Shown here in pieces: positions 57,150 to 64,000 of a stretch of DNA of 64,000 nt. A model generated the notes under the pieces. It was not told the DNA's origin. It ran no database searches and saw only the letters and a program-made list of their open reading frames with translations. Origin of the DNA: Octopus vulgaris (taxonomy: Eukaryota). The stretch covers positions 164,486,001 through 164,550,000 of the forward strand of contig OX597816.1 of NCBI GenBank assembly GCA_951406725.2, written 5' to 3'. Made by a program: the position numbers and the translations under genes. How positions within the stretch are numbered: the stretch's first letter is position 1; every line of letters starts with the position of its first letter.

Positions 57150-58595
57150 GTTTATACATGTATATATTCATGCATACGTACTCTCCCGCACACTCGCCCG
57201 CAATTCCGAAACAATAGTTAACATAGTACTGTGCTATTAAATATATGTCAGGATTAACCAACAATCACTTTGTGTCTTCGGAAACTTTGTCCGTTATATC
57301 AAGTATTAAGCTTGTTTAAACTGTCACAAACACCTCTCAACTTCCTCTCTTCCTCCATCTTGTTCTCATTCAACGAAATCCTAAAACCACCATAGGCTAC
57401 AATTTTGCCACCGTTACTTTCTCGACATTTCCTTCTTCGCGCGAACACACACACACACACACACAAAAGTACCCGCTTGACTGCTCAGAGCTAAAATGCA
57501 CCACCTTCCATTACCCTTTCATTCTCTCCACAATTTCGTCTGAAACGACGTCCTCTCACGTCTCTAACTGTTTCCGATTATCGTAACACATTCGCCATTA
57601 ATAATAAGAACCTTGGAACCAACATATCACATCACAATGGCCGTTGAAAAAGTCTGTTCTGACAACAATAACCTCTTTCCCTCCTCTGTAATAACCCTTA
57701 GTCTAAACCCGGCCTTCGTCAATTTCACAATTTTAACAACTAACTCTTCTAAAGACTTATGCCTGAAGTCTCTTCAACGGATTTTTTTTTCTATCTTCTT
57801 TTCTCAACCAAGATTTACTTAAGCGAAACAAACAAACACGCGAAGAAACATTTAAACGAACATACAGACACAATCCTTGCCATTGTTTCTAATATGTTTC
57901 GCATACAAGAAGCTTGCTTCAAGACAACGTGTCAAAGAGTCCCTTCAGGAAAATTACCTCATTCTAGATGTTTCCTTCTCAATATTTAAACCCCCAGGAA
58001 TACAAAGAAAGTAGAATTCAACTACATACATACAAATTGTCAAAGCCCTCCATAACTCCTTCTTCATCGTAAAACACACAGCGAGGAACCCACCGACACT
58101 TTATTTCTCCGTCTTGTTCTCTCTGTCTCTGTCTGTCTGTGTCTCTCTCTTTCTGTCTCTGTCTCTGTTCCTCTCTCTTTCTCTCTGTAAACCTGACAAT
58201 CCGACTACGCAAGATAACACTTTATTTTTCTTGTTTTTCAGGGGTTTCCTCTTTTACTTTTCTTTTTTTTTCCCTTTCTTCCTTTTGCTTTGACACTACA
58301 AGAAAAAGAATGTAAATATAATTTAATTGTAGATCTTAGTAGAACGTCTTCTCCTCAGTAACGTTTATTAATAGTGCAAACAGAGTGTGGAATGGAAATA
58401 TGGTTGAAGTGGAGATTGTGTGAGGTGGGTAAGGAACCCGGAGAACGAAGGTGGTGGGTCGGGCTGGAATTTCGGGTGAAATAAACGTAGAGAGAATGAC
58501 ACTCGCAATGAAGTAGGTCGCCATATTGAAGACGGAAGGAATAAAGGAAATGAAATTTGATATTGTCTCCAATTACTGGAATGTTGTTGTTATTT

Positions 58596-58630
<35 letters not shown>

Positions 58631-59696
58631 GCCGCTGTTATTGCTGTTGCTGTTGTGCCTAATACCTATTCTGCAGCTGCAGTTGTTGTTGCTGCTGTTG
58701 TTGTTGTTGTTGTTGTTGTTATTGTTACTGTTCCTTTTGTTGTTCTTGTTGTTATTGCTGCCGTTGTTGTTGTTGGTTTTGCTGCTGTCACCTCTATTTT
58801 TAGGGTTCTCTTCTCACCCCACACACCTCTTCCCGCTACCTTGCTCCCCTCTTCAAATATTTGTGGCCTTCTGTTAATTCCAGAAAATAAAAAGAAAACC
58901 CTTATTAGCAGAGCAGTGAGTTGAGGGCGTGTGTGTCCACGCGTGCGCGTGGGGGAAGGTAGGAAGGGAGTCACGGTTGAGTACCGGACTAAATACCATG
59001 AAGTGCTTAATTATCTCCCTTTCTGTTTTGGGTTCGGATCCCACAGAGACGGGCTTTGGCTAATATACTGTTCTGGGGTAGATTAACTCACATATTTCCA
59101 TCCTCAAATTCTATGGCCGTATGCTAAGTACAGTGGATGGCAACAACTGTCGCCATGTTCAACGGCGTTCCTTTCATCTCGAATTCGAATTCGGCAGGGG
59201 TGGGCCTTATGTCTCCTCTTTCTCAAGTCTCCTTCTTGTCCCACTAATTCTCTGGTCTTTTATTTTTTACTTGTTTTAGTCATTAGACTGCGGCCATGCT
59301 GGGGCACCGCCTTAGAGAATTTTACCCGAATGAATCGACCACAGTATATTTTGTAAAGGCCAGGTACTTATTCTTTCGGTCTGTTTTGCCGAACCGCCTA
59401 GTTAGGAGGGGGGACGTGATTACACGAACACCTGTTGTCAATCGGTGTTAAGGGACAAACCCTGGCACAAAGACGCACACACACACACACACACATGTAC
59501 GAATGTCCTTTACCAAGTGAAGATAATAACCGAGTTTAGTAAATTTTCACTAACTTGAGTTTCACCAACATTCGCTGTTGCTCTGCGGGCATTGAGAACA
59601 GATGTAAGAGGCAACACTGTGACTGCCAGCATTACATATCCCTTGAAACAATTTTTGTATGGAAATATTACATTGGATATATATATATATATATAT

Positions 59697-59865
59697 ATCA
59701 GCCCTGGTGTGGAGGAACACTCCGTCGTCGGACGTTCTGAAGGCATAGTACAGGACAAGGGAGAAGAAAATTCCGAAGAGCGTCGGCACCAGAACGCAAC
59801 CCTGTTTCACTCCACTCTGGATGGGGAACGACTCCGAGGGCGATCCGTCAAACTGCACCGTTCCC

Positions 59866-59870
<5 letters not shown>
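59697..59870 (-). pseudogene. RTE-clade reverse transcriptase fragment
   Basis: MQGTVQFDGSPSESFPIQSGVKQGCVLVPTLFGIFFS; flanked by (TA)n on both sides. Confidence 0.85.
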
Positions 59871-59897
<27 letters not shown>

Positions 59898-59899
<2 letters not shown>

Positions 59900-60068
59900 C
59901 GCAGGAGTGGCTGTGTGGTAAGTTGCTTGCTTACCAACCACATGGTTCCGGGTTCAGTCCCACTGCGTGGCATCTTGGGCAAGTGTCTTCTGCTATAGCC
60001 CCGGGCCGACCAATGCCTTGTGAGTGGATTTGGTAGACGGAAACTGAAAGAAGCCTGTCGTATATATG

Positions 60069-60103
<35 letters not shown>

Positions 60104-60318
60104 ATGTGTGTGTGTATGTCTGTGTTTGTCCCCCTAGCATTGCTTGACAACCGATGCTGGTGTGTTTACGTCCCCGTCACTTAGCGGATCGGCAAAAGAG
60201 ACCGATAGAATAAGTACTGGGCTTACAAAGAATAAGTCCCGGGGTCGATTTGCTCGACTAAAGGCGGTGCAACAGCATGGCCGCAGTCAAATGACTGAAA
60301 CAAGTAAAAGAGAAAAAA
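59898..60318 (+). mobile_element. SINE A, full copy
   Basis: Similar to other copies. Confidence 0.85.
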
Positions 60319-60737
60319 TAAAACAAAAAAAAATATATATATATATTTGAAAAATAAGTTTTATCAAGACCCCCACTTAGAGTAGGCAGTTGTGATTTGA
60401 GCTGGTACCTTTTCAGTACCAGCAAAAAAAGGAAGATATTCTGCATTTGGCATATAATTGACTTTAGATGATTGATATATATACTAATTCATAATTATGA
60501 TGTATAATTTATAAATTTCAATTCTTAATATTACAAAGTATAATTTTTATTCTTAATTTTTAATTCTTAACTTTTAATCTTTAATGCTTAATTGTATTGC
60601 TTATTTTAAAAGGGATGTAAAATTAGATATATAATATTTTGAAATAGAACATGAAGATGTGTTGGAATAATGTAAATCTGACGATTGCATATATGTATTT
60701 ACATATGTATATATATATAGGTATCCAGTTGTTAGTA

Positions 60738-61110
60738 TCTCTCTATATATAAACGGCAGTTTGTCTGTGCGTGTTTCTGTGTGTCTGTTTTCTTGTACCC
60801 TCACCCTGACCACGGCTTTCAACCGATTCTGATGAAACTTGACACACATGTCATAATTCAAAACTAACGCAGCGAAAATTTTGAAAAGTTCCCCCAGTTC
60901 TGAAAAAAATCGATAAATTCGACATGGGGTCGAGAATCAGAAGCACAAATTGCAAACTGTGTAGGGGACGCAACTCCACCTTTTTTAACTAAAAAAAAAA
61001 TTTACCATCATTTTTTTCCATCTTTTTGCTGTGTTTTGGCTATAACTCTCTAAAAATGCTTTATAGTTATTTACCTTACAAACCTGAGCAACGCCGGGCG
61101 ATACTGCTAG
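60738..61110 (+). mobile_element. Non-autonomous Helitron
   Basis: 5' TC after A; 3' GC-rich hairpin CCTGAGCAACGCCGGG then CTAG followed by T; no TSD. Confidence 0.8.
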
Positions 61111-61424
61111 TGTATATATATATTGTAATCTTCCAATACTGAAACACGTGTAGTTCCTTCATATTTAATAAATCTAAGTATTAACTAAAGTAGGATATAA
61201 TTAATGAAATATATTATACACCCTGCTAGAAATTTGGTTATATCCTTTAAGTATTATTTCAGGATGTGCAAAATGATACCATGAGTTTACTGTAAGATAT
61301 ATACTCATTAGGTTATTTTTGTATTATCTGAAATAGAATACCCGCATATTGATTAATCCCCAAAAACTGAATTATAGATACACACACACACGCGCGCGAG
61401 CGCACGCACACATACCGACACAAA

Positions 61425-61478
<54 letters not shown>

Positions 61479-61547
61479 AATTTGTGTGTGTCCGTGTCTG
61501 TGTTTATCCCCCATCACCGCATGACAACCGGTGTTGATGTATTTCTC

Positions 61548-61952
61548 TCTTTTATCTCTCTTTTACTTGTTTCAGTCATTTGACTGCGGCCATGCTGGAG
61601 CACCGCCTTTAATCGAGCAACTCGACCGAGGGACTTATTCTTTGTAAGCCCAGTACTTATTATATCGGTCTCTTTTGCCGAACCGCTAAGTGACAGGGAC
61701 ATAAACACACCAGCATCGGTTGTCAAGCAATGCTAGGGGGACAAACACAGACACACAAACATACACGCACACATATATATACATATATACAACAGGTTTC
61801 TTTCAGTTTCCGTCTACCAAATCCACTCACAATGCTTTGGTCGGCCCGAGGCTATAGTAGAAGACACTTGCCCAAGGTGCCACGCAGTGAGACTGAACCC
61901 GGAACCATGTGGTTGGTAAACAAGCTACTTACTACACGGCCACTCCTGCGCC
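61548..61952 (-). mobile_element. SINE A, full copy
   Basis: Similar to other copies. Confidence 0.85.
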
Positions 61953-62577
61953 ATATGTCGTCGTAACTTAGCAGTTCGGCAAAAGAGACCGACAGCATAA
62001 GTACTAGGCTAACAAAGTCCTGGAGTCAATTTGTTCGACAAAAGGCGGCACTCCAGTATGGCCTGAAACGAATAAAAGAAAAAACAAAACAAAAAAACAA
62101 GTAAAAAAAACCCCGAATATTCTGTCCGACTTTCAACGCTGTTACAATAAAAGACTGCATCTGCCATGGCAAGATTTTCTGTTTAACCCGGCGCTCATTT
62201 GAGACCATGGCGAAAATGTTGACCTATTTTCATGCTTGGCAATAATAAAGAGATTTTTAATGGCTTGGACTTTAAGCAGAGTTCAATAAAAACATCGCTG
62301 ACAGTACAAACGACGTCTGCCGAAAATCCATTTGATCGCTTCGTGGATAAATAAATCGATGATTGGATTGCAGTTGGCAACGATATTGAATTAGCTCAAG
62401 CGTCTTTCGGATCAGGGTATTATCGATCGTCTGGTCAATTGCGACAATCGATGTTTTATATTTGTTCTGACGAAGACAATGACAGAAGCGGAACAAACGA
62501 AAACGCGTCTTGGTCAAAAGCTCAATCGCAATCGGATACAATTCTTTCTTCAGTTATTATTATTATTATTATTATTA

Positions 62578-62614
<37 letters not shown>

Positions 62615-62615
<1 letters not shown>

Positions 62616-62760
62616 TCCCCAAGACACCTGATGAAGGCTGGAGGGTATATCAACCGAAACGTTGTGTTAACAACAAACAAGATGAGGACAAATATCTATC
62701 AAATGTAAATAATGTAAAGAATGTACATAATTCCTCATCTCTTAAATATAGAATTGTATA
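62615..62760 (+). mobile_element. Penelope-like terminal repeat with minimal HHR at 62624-62667
   Basis: ACAC-CTGATGA-A-GGCTG..CAACC-GAAAC-GTT-GTGT; the tail matches the fold-back at 14584-14686. Confidence 0.65.
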
Positions 62761-63094
62761 GACTTACTTTTTTCTTAGGAAAAATTGCATAGCTCTCTTG
62801 TGTGACCCCTCTGTCCGGTATTCGTCATGATAGATCGCTAGCCACTCCCTGTTTATTTCTTGTCTTACTTTCTGTCAAAGAGCGTGGGCTCGAAACGTAA
62901 AAGACTTTCTCACTTCTCGAGTGTTAAACCAGTTCACACCCGTTTTCGTCTTTTGTTTTTTTTTTTGTAAATTCTCACTATATATATATAAACACTTACA
63001 ACGCCCGGACTGGGAATCGAAACCGCGATCCTACGACCGTGAGTCCCCTGTCCTAACCATCAAGCCATTGCGCCTCCACACACACACACACACG

Positions 63095-63179
<85 letters not shown>

Positions 63180-63256
63180 CTAAGTATTAACTAAAGTAGG
63201 ATATAATTAATGAAATATATTATACACCCTGCTAGAAATTTGGTTACATCCTTTAA

Positions 63257-63319
<63 letters not shown>

Positions 63320-63323
63320 CATA

Positions 63324-63699
63324 CATGGTGATTCAAAAGTCGCCATACATAGGAATAATTTATCTTTTTAAAAGAAACAGTTTATAAGAACAGTTTTTTA
63401 AAAAAATTTAACAGGTTCTATATGGTTACTATTGTTTTGAATACACATTGCAGTACGTTTACCCTCACTCATAGTGAACTCATAATAGCACATCTGGTGA
63501 TACGGGAGCAAATGAGTTGGTGATGCATTCCTTCAAATGATTTATGTCTTTTACCTTTCCGCAATACCCCATACCTTTCAAATGCCCCCAAAGATAGAAA
63601 TCAAGAGGGGTTAAATCAGGGGATCTAGGGGATCTTATAAACTTTTTCTTATAAAAAAAATAATTTTTTCCTATGTATGGAGACTTTTGAATCACCCTG
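63324..63699 (-). mobile_element. Deleted Tc1/mariner element (maT/rosa-like) with both TIRs
   Basis: TIRs CA(T/G)GGTGATTCAAAAGTC(G/T)CCATACATAGGA; remnant RSPDLTPLDFYLWGHLK. Confidence 0.8.
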
Positions 63700-63823
63700 T
63701 TTCTGAAACTCTGAGTCCTATTATGACAATTTACTGATTGTCCTAATCTATACATATATAAATTCCTCTATTTACCTAATATCAGACGACCAGAGGTGTT
63801 GAAGATGCAACATTGTTCCACAT

Positions 63824-63980
63824 AGGAGTGGCTGTGTGGTAAGTAGCTTGCTAACCAACCACATGGTTCTGGGTTCAATCCACTGCGTGGCATCTTGGGC
63901 AAGTGTCTTCTGCTATAGCTCCGGGCCGACCAATGCCTTGTGAGTGGATTTGGTAGACGGAAACTGAAAGAAGCCTGTCG
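63824..63980 (+). mobile_element. SINE A left arm (runs to the window edge)
   Basis: Similar to other copies. Confidence 0.8.
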
Positions 63981-64000
63981 TATATATGTATATATATATA

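Noticed and set aside
58030-58053. Micro first exon MEGFDN
   Set aside because: Donor lies within a TATG repeat; too short to support
62467-62512. CTGACGA...GAAAACGCGTC as an HHR (also CTGATGA at 11838, 42646 and 60829)
   Set aside because: No pairable stem II or stem I

Overview
AT-rich, extremely repeat-dense eukaryotic DNA, probably intronic or intergenic. The SINE and microsatellite landscape resembles a coleoid cephalopod (Octopus-like) genome; this is an inference. No intact host protein-coding gene is recognisable, and nearly all listed ORFs are microsatellite or SINE read-throughs. The window holds four tRNA-headed SINE families (called A-D here), a broken mariner, an internally deleted IR/DR Tc1, hAT/mariner/maT-like MITEs, non-autonomous Helitrons, fragments of R4/Dong, Tx1/L1, RTE and Penelope retroelements, a (TAA)n-embedded non-coding element, and several satellites. 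The most notable signal is about 10 hammerhead-ribozyme (HHR) motifs found by eye. They include a complete type I HHR (9760-9826), an atypical HHR with an 11-nt insertion in a duplicated segment (17818-17908 and 15097-15187), and two HHRs on a perfect 168-bp-arm palindrome (56705-57042). SINE B shares a Tx1-like 3' tail and repeatedly forms one specific junction. All folds were derived by eye and coordinates of degenerate repeats are approximate.
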